DNA of 64,000 nucleotides, from NCBI GenBank assembly GCA_963765575.1, contig CAVXWZ010000001.1, positions 96,001-160,000 of the forward strand, read 5' to 3'. The position numbers and the translations under genes are program-made. The notes beneath the pieces were generated by a model. That model was not told the DNA's origin. It ran no database searches and worked only from the letters and a program-made list of their open reading frames with translations. Every line of letters begins with the position of its first letter. Position 1 is the first letter of the stretch. Source of the DNA: an uncultured cyanobacterium (lineage in GTDB: Bacteria > Cyanobacteriota > Cyanobacteriia > PCC-6307 > Cyanobiaceae). Shown here in pieces: positions 20,047 to 30,047 of the stretch.

Positions 20047-21408
20047 CTAGCCGGGCACCAGCCACTGGGCCTGCTTCACCGCCGCCGGCAGGGGCCGCAA
20101 CTCCAGGCTGGTGGCGTCGATCAGCACCGCCTGGGCCGGCGGCGGCGGGGCATCGCCGCGCGCCCGGGGCCGCAGGGTGGCCAGCAGCTGATCGCCGGCG
20201 GCATCCCAGTGCAGGCCGGTGCCGGGCTCCAGTTCCCAGCCCTGCAGCAGTCGCCGGCCCAGCTCCTGGCCGTTGCGGTTCAGGGCCAGCAGGGTGAGAC
20301 GCGGCTCCTCGGTGCCCTCCATCAACAGCGTCCACACCCGATCTCCGCTGCGGCTGCAGGCGCTGGCCACCAGGGCCTGCTCCCCCAGCCAGAGCTGTTT
20401 GGGCGGCTGGCCCGGTTCCACCAGTTCCAGTGAGCGGCGGAAATCGGGCCAGTGGCGCTGCAGCAGGGCCCGGCCGGCCTGGGGGCAGAAGCTGCTCAGA
20501 TCGCGGCTGCCCGGCAGGGTCTGGCGGCGGGGCTGCTGGGGCGGCAGGGCTTCGAGGTGCAGCCCCTCGGTGTCGGGCACCACCACCGCGCCCCCCTCGG
20601 GCAGCAGCAGCATCGGTCCGCTGGCTGTCCAGGGCAGTCGCCGCCAGCGCCAGGCTCCCCCCCGCCGCAGCAGGGCCTCACTGCTGCCCGGCTCGAGCTC
20701 GCCGCTCTGGATCAGCAGGTCGCCGTTGCGGTTGCTGCTCAGGTGGGCGAACAGCACCGGCCGGCCCAGCAGGGGACGCGGCGTCTCGGCCCGCACCGCC
20801 CCGGCCGGCTCCGAGGCGAGCCGCAGGTTGTTCTGCTGCAGGGGGATGCGCCACAGGCGCAGCTGGCCGTCGGGCTCGCGGCTGGCGGCCGCCACCGCCG
20901 AGCCATCGCCGAGGGGCAGCAGCAGCGGGATCTCCGGCCACACCGGACTGATGGGTTGCCAGCTGCCGTCATGGGCGCGTACCTGCACCTGTTCGCCGCC
21001 GGCGGCCGGCACCACCGCCAGCACCCGCGGGCGGGGATCCCAGTGCCAGCGGCTGGCGGCCAGGGCCAGGCCGCGCTGATCCCGGCCGGCCAGCTGGAGC
21101 TCCAGGGGGGCCTCGATGCGCTGGCCCTCGTCGAGGCTCAGCAGCAGGCTGCTGCCGCTGCCCAGCCAGCGGTGGCTGAGGGCCGGTTGGAGCTGGCCGG
21201 CCCGTTGCAGGCTGGCCGCCTGCATCGGCCGGCTGAAGCGGGCCTGCAGGGCCGCCGGCCCGGAGCTGGCCGGGGCATTGCGCAGGGCCTCGAGCTGGGG
21301 CGGCTGGCGCTGCAGCAGCTGTTGTTGCCCCAGGGCCAGCAGGGCCGGCAGACCCAGGGCCAGCAGCAGGGGCCGGGAGGGCCAGGTCCGCGAGGAGACG
21401 TTGCTCAT
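20047..21408 (-). CDS. Membrane-anchored hypothetical protein (Ig-like N-domain plus possible propeller)
   Basis: N-terminal anchor, FSRPM, LAGRDQRG; overlaps the upstream gene. Confidence 0.7.
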   Translation of the reverse strand: MSNVSSRTWPSRPLLLALGLPALLALGQQQLLQRQPPQLEALRNAPASSGPAALQARFSRPMQAASLQRAGQLQPALSHRWLGSGSSLLLSLDEGQRIEAPLELQLAGRDQRGLALAASRWHWDPRPRVLAVVPAAGGEQVQVRAHDGSWQPISPVWPEIPLLLPLGDGSAVAAASREPDGQLRLWRIPLQQNNLRLASEPAGAVRAETPRPLLGRPVLFAHLSSNRNGDLLIQSGELEPGSSEALLRRGGAWRWRRLPWTASGPMLLLPEGGAVVVPDTEGLHLEALPPQQPRRQTLPGSRDLSSFCPQAGRALLQRHWPDFRRSLELVEPGQPPKQLWLGEQALVASACSRSGDRVWTLLMEGTEEPRLTLLALNRNGQELGRRLLQGWELEPGTGLHWDAAGDQLLATLRPRARGDAPPPPAQAVLIDATSLELRPLPAAVKQAQWLVPG

Positions 21409-22082
21409 GGCTCCAGGGGCCGGGCCGGTCGGGGGATCGGCTGGATGCGTTCGGGCACCACCTCCAGCTCGCCGTCGTTGATCGCCATGCGCCCCTCGAT
21501 GGCCAGCCACTGATCGGCCTGGGGCAGGGGTTCGCCCTCCGGCCAGCGCACCGCCAGGCCCACCGGCGTGGCGTCGGCCAGGCAGCAGCGCACCAGCAGC
21601 CGCGCCAGCTGGGGCGGCCCGTCGGGCATGGGCAGCACGAAGCCGCTGATGCGCGCCGGATCGCCCTCGAACAGCTGGGGATCGGGCTGACTGCGCAGCA
21701 ACCGCACCCAGTCGGTGAGGCTGCGCTGGGCCGGCGGCAGCACGAAGCTGAGGGTCTCATCCGCGGTGTCGTCGGCGGGCCGCTGGCTGGCCAGATCGGC
21801 AAAGGAGGGGTTGGCTGGCAGGGCGATCAGCAGGGCGGCGATGGTCGCCGTGGCGGCGCTCAACCGCCACTCGCCGCGGCCCACCGCCTCACCGCCGCCC
21901 GGCCACTGCCGCAGCCCCACCAGCACCTGCACCACCGCCAGGGTCAGCAACACCCCGCCGGCGCTGCTCACCAGGGGGTGGAAGGCGGCCCGCAGCAGCA
22001 GATCCAGACGACCGTCGACGCTGCTCTGCAGCATCACCACGGCCCACAGGCCCAGGGCCAGTCCGCGAATCAGAGCCGCCAC
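21405..22082 (-). CDS. TIGR03943 / YcgQ-like membrane protein
   Basis: RSLTDWVRLL, ISGFV, RLLVRCCLADATPVGL, DQWLAIEG, PARPLEP. Confidence 0.8.
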   Translation of the reverse strand: MAALIRGLALGLWAVVMLQSSVDGRLDLLLRAAFHPLVSSAGGVLLTLAVVQVLVGLRQWPGGGEAVGRGEWRLSAATATIAALLIALPANPSFADLASQRPADDTADETLSFVLPPAQRSLTDWVRLLRSQPDPQLFEGDPARISGFVLPMPDGPPQLARLLVRCCLADATPVGLAVRWPEGEPLPQADQWLAIEGRMAINDGELEVVPERIQPIPRPARPLEP

Positions 22083-23044
22083 AGGTTCACCCACTGGCCG
22101 ATCAGCAGCACCAGCACGGAGGAGCCCGCGGCGGTGAGCAGCAGTCCTTTGCCGCGGAACAGCAGCCCCAGCAGCCCCACCAGTTTGATGTCGATCACCG
22201 GGCCCAGCAGCAGGAAGGCGAGCAGGGCCCCGGGGGTGATCTGGGCGGCGAAGCCCAGGGCCAGGAAGGCATCCACGCTCGAGCACACCGACAGCACCAG
22301 GCTGAGCAGCATCAGGGCCACGATCGAGAGCGTGGGCGCCCCACCCACCGCCAGCAGCCACTGGCGCGGCAGCGTGGCCTGCACCAGGGCGGCAACGGCG
22401 CAGCCGGCCACCAGCAGCAGGGCCAGGTTGATGAACTCGCGGCTGCCGTGGCGCAGCACCTCCTGCCAGCCTGGCGCTGGCGCGCTGCCCAGGTTGGGGG
22501 GGGCATCCTCGGCCAGGCCGATCACGCCCGTGCGGCGCTCCAGCAGGCTGACGCTGGCCAGGGGCTGGTTGAGGCGGCGCTCCTCCAGCAGGTCGGCGCG
22601 CAGCAGCACGGCCTCAGGCAACAGGCGCAACAGCAGGGCCAGCCCCAGGGCCACCAGCACGGCCCCCGCCGGGCGGGCCAGCAGCAGCCAGGGCTGGTTG
22701 GGGAAGGCCGCCCAGGTGCTGGCGATCACGATCGGATTGAGCACCGGCGCCGCGAACAGAAAGCCCAGGGCCGTGCCCACCGGGGCACCGCCCACCAGCA
22801 GCCGCCGCGCCACCGGCACGTTGCCGCACTCGCAGGCGGGCAGGGCGAAGCCGAGGGCGGCGCCGGTGAGCGGGCCGGCCACCGGATGGGCGGGCAGGCG
22901 GCGCAGCCAGGCGCCGCCGGGGCTGAACCAGCGGGCCAGCGAAGCGATCAGCACGCCGATCAGCAGGAAGGGCAGGGCCTCCAGCAACAGGCCCTGGAAG
23001 AGGGCCCAGGCGGTGTTGAGGCGCGTCAGAACGTTGAACGCCAT
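22070..23044 (-). CDS. DUF318/YcgR-like permease
   Basis: EALPFLL, PACECGNVP, APVLNP, SVCSSVDAF, GPVIDIK. Confidence 0.85.
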   Translation of the reverse strand: MAFNVLTRLNTAWALFQGLLLEALPFLLIGVLIASLARWFSPGGAWLRRLPAHPVAGPLTGAALGFALPACECGNVPVARRLLVGGAPVGTALGFLFAAPVLNPIVIASTWAAFPNQPWLLLARPAGAVLVALGLALLLRLLPEAVLLRADLLEERRLNQPLASVSLLERRTGVIGLAEDAPPNLGSAPAPGWQEVLRHGSREFINLALLLVAGCAVAALVQATLPRQWLLAVGGAPTLSIVALMLLSLVLSVCSSVDAFLALGFAAQITPGALLAFLLLGPVIDIKLVGLLGLLFRGKGLLLTAAGSSVLVLLIGQWVNLWRL

Positions 23045-23123
23045 CGCTCCGGGTTGCCGTGGGGGGATTCTGCACCGCCCGGTCCGCCGCCCTGGGGCGC
23101 TGCGGCCGGTCGACAAGTTGTAC

Positions 23124-23138
23124 CGGTAATCATTCTCA
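23124..23138. promoter_or_regulatory. Zur box CGGTAATCATTCTCA in the divergent permease/znuA promoter
   Basis: 12/15 match to TGATAATNATTATCA; AT-rich island in GC-rich DNA. Confidence 0.75.
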
Positions 23139-23235
23139 TTTAGATTGGTGATCGGGCTGTCCGGCCCCGGTGTGGCCCTGCCCCCTGGGAGCTTCACCCC
23201 TGCCAGTCCAGTTCACCCCTGCCAGCCCTCTCTCC

Positions 23236-24252
23236 ATGCGCGCTCCGTTCCTGTCCCGGCTGTTGGCTGTTTCCCGGCGTCGGCTGGTCACCGCCTCGGC
23301 CCTGGGGCTGCTGCTGGCCTCCTGTGGGGCCGGCCAGGCCCCCCAGGACGATCAGGGCCAGGGCGACCGGGCAACGGCTGAGCGGCCCCGGGTGGTGGCC
23401 ACCTTTCTGCCGATCACCCTGTTCACCGAGGCGGTGGCCGGTGACTGCGCCGAGGTGAGTTCCCTGATCCCAGCCACCAGTGGCGTCCATGACTTCCAGG
23501 CCCGGCCAGGCGATCTGGTGGCCCTGCGCGAGGCCAGGGTGCTGGTCAAGAACGGCCTGGGGATCGAGGGCTTTCTCGACAAGATGGTGGCCTCGGCTGA
23601 GAATTCCGACCTCAAGGTGATCGACAGCAGCCGCGGCGTCGCCACCCTCGCCAGCGTCGAACGTGGAGCGAACGACGAGCACGACCATGGCGATGAGGAC
23701 CATGGCGACAGTCATGGCCATGCCCACGGACCGGTGGACCCCCACATCTGGCTGGACCCCCAGCGCGCCGTGCAGCAGGTGGAAAACATCCGCGACGGGC
23801 TGGTGGAGGCCGACCCCGGCTGCGCGGACGGCTACCGCCGCAACGCCGAGGCCGCCATCGCCGAGCTGCAGGAGCTGGACGCCGCCATCGCCGCCGACCT
23901 GGCCCCATTCCAGGGCAAGACTTTCGTGGCCTTCCACGACTTCGCCGCCTACTTCGCCGAGCGCTATGGCCTGGTGGCGGAGTTTGTGGTGGACGTGCCC
24001 GAGGTCAATCCCACCCCCGCCGATCTGCGCCGGGTGAGCGAGATCGTGGAGGACACCCAGTTGCAGGCCCTGCTCAGCGAACCGCAGGAGGGCACCAGCT
24101 CCTTCAACGCCCTGGCCCGCGATCTTGGGGTGCGGGTCAGCGAGTTCGATCCGCTGGAAACCGGCTCAGTGGAGGACGCCCAGGATCCGGCCACCTACAT
24201 CCAGGTGATGCGCCGCAATGCCGACAACCTGCGTCAGGCCTTCGGGGGGTAA
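23236..24252 (+). CDS. znuA: Zinc ABC substrate-binding lipoprotein
   Basis: Lipobox LASC; GVHDF, His-rich loop, DPHIW, FHDF. Confidence 0.85.
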   Translation: MRAPFLSRLLAVSRRRLVTASALGLLLASCGAGQAPQDDQGQGDRATAERPRVVATFLPITLFTEAVAGDCAEVSSLIPATSGVHDFQARPGDLVALREARVLVKNGLGIEGFLDKMVASAENSDLKVIDSSRGVATLASVERGANDEHDHGDEDHGDSHGHAHGPVDPHIWLDPQRAVQQVENIRDGLVEADPGCADGYRRNAEAAIAELQELDAAIAADLAPFQGKTFVAFHDFAAYFAERYGLVAEFVVDVPEVNPTPADLRRVSEIVEDTQLQALLSEPQEGTSSFNALARDLGVRVSEFDPLETGSVEDAQDPATYIQVMRRNADNLRQAFGG

Positions 24253-24378
24253 AGCCAGGGGTGGACTGCGATCCAGCCAGCCCCCGCTGGGGCAGCTTGG
24301 GGCTGGTGGCGGTTGTCTAACCTTCGGACAGAAGGTCTAGTCCGACTTCCGGCCCTGGCCTCAAACCCCAGCCGCTCG

Positions 24379-25362
24379 TTGCCCGACCTCTCCCCCATCC
24401 GGCGTTGCCGTCGGCCCCCGACGCCGGCCCGGAGAACCAGCGCGGGTGTGGCCTTGCTGGCCCTGCTGCTGGCCGGCTGCGGGGCTCCGTCCGGCGTGCC
24501 CGAAACCAGCGGCCTCGAGAGCGCAGGGCCGGATCTCCCCCTGGTGCTCACCAGCTTCACCGTGCTCGCCGACATGGCCTCGCAGGTGGCCTGCGGCCAG
24601 CTGCGGGTGGAGTCGATCACCAAGCCCGGCGCCGAGATCCACAGCTACGAACCCACCCCCAGCGACCTGCGCCGCGCCCAGGACGCCCAGCTGGTGCTGG
24701 TGAACGGCCTCAACCTGGAGCTCTGGATGGAGCGTTTTCTGGCCGCCGCCGGCGACGCTGATCGCGCCGTGGTCAGTGAGGGCGTGGCGGTGATCCCGAT
24801 CAGCGCCGATGCCGGCGCCGGCAAGCCCAACCCCCATGCCTGGATGTCGCCCCGGCAGGCACGCACCTACGTGGCCAACATCCGCGACGCCTTCACCCGC
24901 CTCGATCCCGGCAACGCCGCCACCTACCGGCGCTGCGCCGCCGCCTACACCGCCGAGCTGGAAGCCCTCGATGCAGAGCTGCGCGAGCGGCTGGCGGTGT
25001 TGCCGCCCGATCGCCGCCTGCTGGTGAGCTGCGAGGGATCCCTCAGTTACCTGGCGGCCGACTACGGCCTGGAGGAGGCCTATCTCTGGCCGGTGAACGC
25101 AGAAACCGAGGTCACCCCTCAGCGCATGGCGCGGGTGATCGACACCGTGCGCAAGCGCCGGGTGCCGGCCGTGTTCTGTGAGAGCACCGTGGACAACCGC
25201 TCCCAGCGCCGGGTGGCCGAGGAGACCGGCGCCCGCTTCGCGGGCGTGTTCTACGTGGATTCGCTCTCGCCCCCCGAGGGTCCGGCTCCCACCTACCTCG
25301 ACATGCTGCGCCACAACGCCAAGACTCTGGTGCAGGGACTCCAGGCCGATGTTCAGTCCTGA
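24379..25362 (+). CDS. mntC: Mn/Fe ABC substrate-binding lipoprotein (start uncertain)
   Basis: LAGC; EIHSYEP, NPHAWMSP, SCEG, YVDSLS (His/His/Glu/Asp ligand set). Confidence 0.8.
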   Translation: MPDLSPIRRCRRPPTPARRTSAGVALLALLLAGCGAPSGVPETSGLESAGPDLPLVLTSFTVLADMASQVACGQLRVESITKPGAEIHSYEPTPSDLRRAQDAQLVLVNGLNLELWMERFLAAAGDADRAVVSEGVAVIPISADAGAGKPNPHAWMSPRQARTYVANIRDAFTRLDPGNAATYRRCAAAYTAELEALDAELRERLAVLPPDRRLLVSCEGSLSYLAADYGLEEAYLWPVNAETEVTPQRMARVIDTVRKRRVPAVFCESTVDNRSQRRVAEETGARFAGVFYVDSLSPPEGPAPTYLDMLRHNAKTLVQGLQADVQS

Positions 25363-26140
25363 TCGCCAGAGCGTTGAGCGGCCCCCGGCCGGGGGCGTTG
25401 CCGGTGCCGTTGCTGTTGCCGTGGACAACCTCACGGTGGGCTACAACGGCCGGCCGGCGGTGGTGGATGTGAGCCTGGAGCTGCGCTCTGGCACCATCTG
25501 TGCCCTGGTGGGCATGAACGGTGCCGGCAAGTCCACCCTGTTCAAGGCCTTGATGGGCTTCCTCAAGCCCAGTGGCGGCAGCATTCGCATCGGCGGCCTC
25601 AGCCTGCGGCAAGCCCAGCGCCGGCAACTGGTGGCCTACGTGCCCCAGAGCGAGCAGGTGGACTGGCAGTTCCCGATCCGCGTCTGGGACGTGGTGATGA
25701 TGGGGCGCTACGGCGGCATGGGGCTGCTGCGCTGGCCCGCCGCCGCCGACCGTCAGCAGGTGCGTCGTGCCCTGGAGCGGGTGGACCTCTGGGCCCTGCG
25801 CGACCGCCAGATCGGTGCCCTCTCGGGCGGCCAGCGCAAGCGCGCGTTCCTGGCCCGGGCCCTGGCCCAGGGGGCCCGGGTGCTGCTGCTGGATGAGCCC
25901 TTCAGCGGCGTGGACATCAGCACCGAGCGGCTGATCATCGATCTGCTCATCGAGCTGCGCGGCGAGGGCGCCACCGTGCTGCTGGCCACCCACGATCTCG
26001 AATCGATCCCCAGCTTCTGCGACCGGGTGGTGCTGATCAACCGCACCGTGCTGGCCTACGGCGACACCTCCGAAGTGTTCACCCAGGCCAACCTGCTGCG
26101 CACCTTCACCATTCCCGCCCCCGCGACCCCCAACCCGTGA
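25349..26140 (+). CDS. mntA: Mn ABC ATP-binding protein
   Basis: GMNGAGKST, YVPQSE, LSGGQRKR, LDEPF. Confidence 0.8.
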   Translation: MFSPDRQSVERPPAGGVAGAVAVAVDNLTVGYNGRPAVVDVSLELRSGTICALVGMNGAGKSTLFKALMGFLKPSGGSIRIGGLSLRQAQRRQLVAYVPQSEQVDWQFPIRVWDVVMMGRYGGMGLLRWPAAADRQQVRRALERVDLWALRDRQIGALSGGQRKRAFLARALAQGARVLLLDEPFSGVDISTERLIIDLLIELRGEGATVLLATHDLESIPSFCDRVVLINRTVLAYGDTSEVFTQANLLRTFTIPAPATPNP

Positions 26141-26976
26141 TGGATGTCCTGCTGGCGCCGATTCAGATGGTCTTCATGCAGCGGGCCCTGGCGATCGGCG
26201 TGGTGGTGGCGGTGGTGTGTGCGGTGCTCTCCTGTTTCATGACCCTCAAGGGCTGGGCCCTGATGGGCGATGCCGTGTCCCATGCCGTGCTGCCCGGGGT
26301 GGTGATCGCCTACGCCCTGGGGCTGCCCTTCGCCCTGGGCGCCTTCGTGTTCGGGGTTGGTTCGGTGGGGGTGATCGGGGCCATCAAGCAGCACACCCGG
26401 GTCAAGGAGGACACGGTGATCGGGCTGGTGTTCACCGGCTTTTTCGCCCTCGGGCTGGTGCTGATCTCCAAGGTGCGCAGCAGCGTGGACCTCAGCCACA
26501 TCCTGTTTGGCAATCTGCTGGGCATCACCGATGCCGACCTGGTGCAGACCCTGGTGATCAGTTGCGTCTGCATGTTGGCGCTGCTGGTGCTGCGCCGTGA
26601 TCTGCTGCTGTTCTGCTTCGACCCCAGCCACGCCCGCTCCATCGGCCTGAACACCGGTGCCTTGCACTACCTGCTGCTCACGCTCGTGAGCCTCTCGGCC
26701 GTGGCCGGCCTCCAGACCGTGGGCATCATCCTGGTGGTGGCGATGCTGGTGACGCCGGGGGCCACCGCCTACCTGCTCACCGACCGCTTCGACCGCATGA
26801 CCTGGCTGGCGGTGCTGTCGGCGGTGAGTGCCACGGTGCTGGGGGTCTATGCCAGCTACTGGTTTGACGCCTCCACGGCCGGCTGCATCGTGGTGGTGCA
26901 GACCCTGCAGTTTCTGGTGGTGATGGTGCTGGCCCCCCGCCATGGCCTGCTGGCGCAGCGGCGGCGGAGCGGCTGA
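26137..26976 (+). CDS. mntB: Mn ABC permease
   Basis: LKGWALMGDAVSHAVLPG, HILFGN, PGATAYLLTDRF. Confidence 0.8.
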   Translation: MMDVLLAPIQMVFMQRALAIGVVVAVVCAVLSCFMTLKGWALMGDAVSHAVLPGVVIAYALGLPFALGAFVFGVGSVGVIGAIKQHTRVKEDTVIGLVFTGFFALGLVLISKVRSSVDLSHILFGNLLGITDADLVQTLVISCVCMLALLVLRRDLLLFCFDPSHARSIGLNTGALHYLLLTLVSLSAVAGLQTVGIILVVAMLVTPGATAYLLTDRFDRMTWLAVLSAVSATVLGVYASYWFDASTAGCIVVVQTLQFLVVMVLAPRHGLLAQRRRSG

Positions 26977-27185
26977 GCGGGCTGGCACCAACGATGGTGC
27001 CATTGGTCACACCCTCTTCACGCTTTCTTGCTGCGTTGCTGTGGGTGGCTTGGCTAGGGATAGGAGTGAATGCGCTGAGCTCTCTCCTCCAGCCCCCTGC
27101 CACCCTTTCAGCCTGCCTCGGTTGTTCATTTCTTGCGCTCTATTCGTTCACTGTTTTTGTTCGTCGTTGACGACACATCCCATCC

Positions 27186-27713
27186 ATGAAAGATCTCACC
27201 CAGGCCATCAACAGCCATCTCGCTTCCGAATTCCAGGCCAGTCACACCTATCTGGCCATGTCGATCTGGCTGCGCGAGAAGGACCTGGCCGGGTTTTCCC
27301 AGTACATGCTCGAGAAGAGCAACGAGGAGCGGGGCCACGCCGCCCGCATGATCTCCTACCTGGTGGATTGCGACGAGCCCGTGGAGCTGCCCACCATCGC
27401 CGCCCCCGAACGCAGCTGGCCGTCGGTGCAGAAGCTCTTCGACCGCGTGTTCGAGCTGGAGAAGCACGTCACCGCCTCGATCAACCGGCTCTATTCCATG
27501 GCTGAGGAGGCCGGGGAGCGCAGTGCCTCGGCGATGCTCGACTGGTTTGTCAGCGAGCAGATCCAGGAGGAGGCCGAAGCCCGCTTCGTGCTCAAGCGGC
27601 TGCGGCTGGCGGGCGACAACAGCGCTGCCCTGCTGCTGCTCGACCAGCAGTTCCTCGAGGGCAACGCCCTCACCCACGTCAAGGCTGGCATGGGCAGCTA
27701 CGGCGCCCAGTGA
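27186..27713 (+). CDS. ftn: Ferritin
   Basis: Ferroxidase-type residues EFQAS..Y, EERGHA, LEKHV, WFVSEQIQEE. Confidence 0.9.
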   Translation: MKDLTQAINSHLASEFQASHTYLAMSIWLREKDLAGFSQYMLEKSNEERGHAARMISYLVDCDEPVELPTIAAPERSWPSVQKLFDRVFELEKHVTASINRLYSMAEEAGERSASAMLDWFVSEQIQEEAEARFVLKRLRLAGDNSAALLLLDQQFLEGNALTHVKAGMGSYGAQ

Positions 27714-27720
27714 TCGCGCC

Positions 27721-29682
27721 ATGAACCGCCCCCCAGGCCACGACTGGTCCTGCCGTCCCGAGGTCGATGCCGGCCGCAGCCGCGGTGGGCGCTGGCATCG
27801 CCTCTGGACCAGTCCGCCGGGCTGCCACGGAGACAAGCTCTCCCCGGCCGCCGCCGGCCCGGCCCTGACCGTGGCCCTGGTGGGGATGCCCAACACCGGC
27901 AAGTCCACCCTCTACAACCGGCTCACCGGCGGCCATGCCCAGATCGCCAACTGGCCGGGCCTCACCGTGGAGCTGCTGCGCGGGTCGATGCCGGCCGACC
28001 GGCGCGGCCAGCGCTACACCCTGGTGGATCTCCCCGGCATTCACGATCTCAGCGGCAGCAGCGAGGACGAAGCGGTGGTGCAGCGCTTCCTGCGCCACAC
28101 CCCTCCCGCCCTGATTCTGGTGGTGGTGAACGCCAGCCAGATCACCAACCAGCTGCGCTTTGTGTTGCAGCTGCGGCGCCTGGGGATCCCCATGGTGGTG
28201 GCCCTGAACATGAGCGATGAGGCCAGCAAGCTGGGCCTGCGCATCGACCACCGGCGGCTGAGTGCCGATCTGGCCCTGGCGCTGCTGCCGATCAGCGCCA
28301 AGCGCAACCAGGGCATCCATGAGTTGCTCGATGCACTGCACCAGCTCGGCGAGGGCCTCCCCGCCGCCGATGGCACTGCGTCCCTCTCTCCTACGCCCCT
28401 CGCCACCACCCCCGAGAGCATCGATGCCGAGGCCGAAGCCCTGGCCGCCGCTGCCGTGACGCTGCCGGAGCGGCTGCTGAACCACGGCACCCGCCGGGCC
28501 GATCGCCTGCTCATGCATCCGCTGGTGGGTCTGCTGGCCTTCCTGCTGATCGTGCTGGTGATGTTCCAGCTGCTCTACGCCGTGGGCGCACCGCTGCAGG
28601 AGCTGCTGGGGCGCCTGGTCGACTGGACGCAGACGGCCGTGCTGGAGCCGCTGCTGGACGGACTCGGTGCCCCGGAGTTCCTGCGCGGTTTGCTGATCGA
28701 TGGCGTGTGGCTGGGGGTCGGCACGGTGGCCACCTTCCTGCCGATCATCTTTCTTTTTTACGTGATCATGGCGGTGGTGGAAGACTCGGGTTACCTGCCG
28801 CGGGCCGCCTTTTTGATGGACGGCTGCATGCGTTGGCTGGGCCTGGATGGCCGGGCCTTCGTGCTGCAGGTGATGGGCTTCGGCTGCAATGTGCCGTCAA
28901 TCATGGGCACCCGCGTGATCCGTGATCCCGGCATGCGCCTGCTGGCCATGCTCTGCATTCCCTTTGCCCTCTGCCAGGCCCGCCTCACCGTGTTCATCTT
29001 CATGGCGGCCGTGTTCTTTCCCCGTCCCTGGTGGGCACCGGGGCTGGTGGTGTTCGGTTTCTATGGCCTCAGCTTCCTGGCGGCGGTGATCACCGGACTG
29101 CTCTTCAAGCGGGCCTACCCCAGCCGGGAGGCCCTGATCCTGGAGTTGCCGCCCTATCGCGCGCCGAGCGTGTCCACGATCCTGCGGCGTGGCTGGAGCG
29201 CCATGCTCAATTTCCTGGTGACCACGCGCATGTTCATTGTTGTGGGCGCAGCGGCCATCTGGCTGCTCACCCACCTGCCAGCGGGGGCGGTGCAGGGCTC
29301 GGGGGCCACCATCGCCGATGGCATCGGTGAGCTGTTTCAGCCGATCCTGGGGCCGATCGGCATGAATCCGGCCCTCACGGTGTCGCTGTTCTTCGGCTTC
29401 ATCGCCAAGGAGATTCTGCTCGGCGCGATGGCGGTGATCTACGCCACCAGTGAGGGCGACCTGGGGGGGGTGCTCAGCCAGACGATCACGCCCCTGCAGG
29501 CCCTGAGCTTCATGACCTTCGTGTTGCTCTACACCCCCTGCCTGGGCACGGTGGCAGCCCAGCTTCAGGAATCCAAGAGCCGCCGCTTCACCCTGCTCTC
29601 GCTGGGATGGTCCCTGATGCTGGCCTGGATTCTGGCCCTGGTGGTGTATCAGGGAGGACGGCTGGGGATGGCGATCGCCTGA
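27721..29682 (+). CDS. feoB: Ferrous iron transporter B
   Basis: GMPNTGKST, NWPGLTVE, DLPG, NMSD, EDSGY, GFGCNVP, ELPPY, LYTPC. Confidence 0.93.
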   Translation: MNRPPGHDWSCRPEVDAGRSRGGRWHRLWTSPPGCHGDKLSPAAAGPALTVALVGMPNTGKSTLYNRLTGGHAQIANWPGLTVELLRGSMPADRRGQRYTLVDLPGIHDLSGSSEDEAVVQRFLRHTPPALILVVVNASQITNQLRFVLQLRRLGIPMVVALNMSDEASKLGLRIDHRRLSADLALALLPISAKRNQGIHELLDALHQLGEGLPAADGTASLSPTPLATTPESIDAEAEALAAAAVTLPERLLNHGTRRADRLLMHPLVGLLAFLLIVLVMFQLLYAVGAPLQELLGRLVDWTQTAVLEPLLDGLGAPEFLRGLLIDGVWLGVGTVATFLPIIFLFYVIMAVVEDSGYLPRAAFLMDGCMRWLGLDGRAFVLQVMGFGCNVPSIMGTRVIRDPGMRLLAMLCIPFALCQARLTVFIFMAAVFFPRPWWAPGLVVFGFYGLSFLAAVITGLLFKRAYPSREALILELPPYRAPSVSTILRRGWSAMLNFLVTTRMFIVVGAAAIWLLTHLPAGAVQGSGATIADGIGELFQPILGPIGMNPALTVSLFFGFIAKEILLGAMAVIYATSEGDLGGVLSQTITPLQALSFMTFVLLYTPCLGTVAAQLQESKSRRFTLLSLGWSLMLAWILALVVYQGGRLGMAIA

Positions 29683-29690
29683 ACTGGGCC

Positions 29691-29912
29691 TCAGAAGCTG
29701 ACGTCCATTTCGGCGGCATGTTCATGGCGAATCATGAACTCCAGCAGGCCGCAGGCCACATGCATCACGCCACCGGGCCGGCCGCGGCGCAGCACCTGCA
29801 CTTCAGCTCCTGGCTTGATGCCCATCGCCATCAATCGCGCCCGCAGGCTGTGCTGGGAGGGGAGTGATTGGATGCGGATGGAGCAGCGTTCCGGCGCGGA
29901 GCTCAGGGGCAT
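29691..29912 (-). CDS. feoA: Ferrous iron transport protein A
   Basis: RLMAMGIKPGAEVQVLR; SH3-like size; adjacent to feoB. Confidence 0.85.
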   Translation of the reverse strand: MPLSSAPERCSIRIQSLPSQHSLRARLMAMGIKPGAEVQVLRRGRPGGVMHVACGLLEFMIRHEHAAEMDVSF

Positions 29913-30047
29913 GGGGAACGGGAAGGAAGTTCAACGATAGGACCGCAAGCCCCATCGGAACCGCTTCGCTGACGGCCGGGATGGCGGCGCAGCGGATGTC
30001 ACGCCGAGCTGTCTGATTGCTGACATCGACGTGTTGCCGCTGTGCGC

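Noticed and set aside
17849..20050. Long antisense ORFs (e.g. 733 aa here, 749 aa at 56770-59019)
   Set aside because: Shadow ORFs expected from high-GC codon bias opposite well-supported genes.
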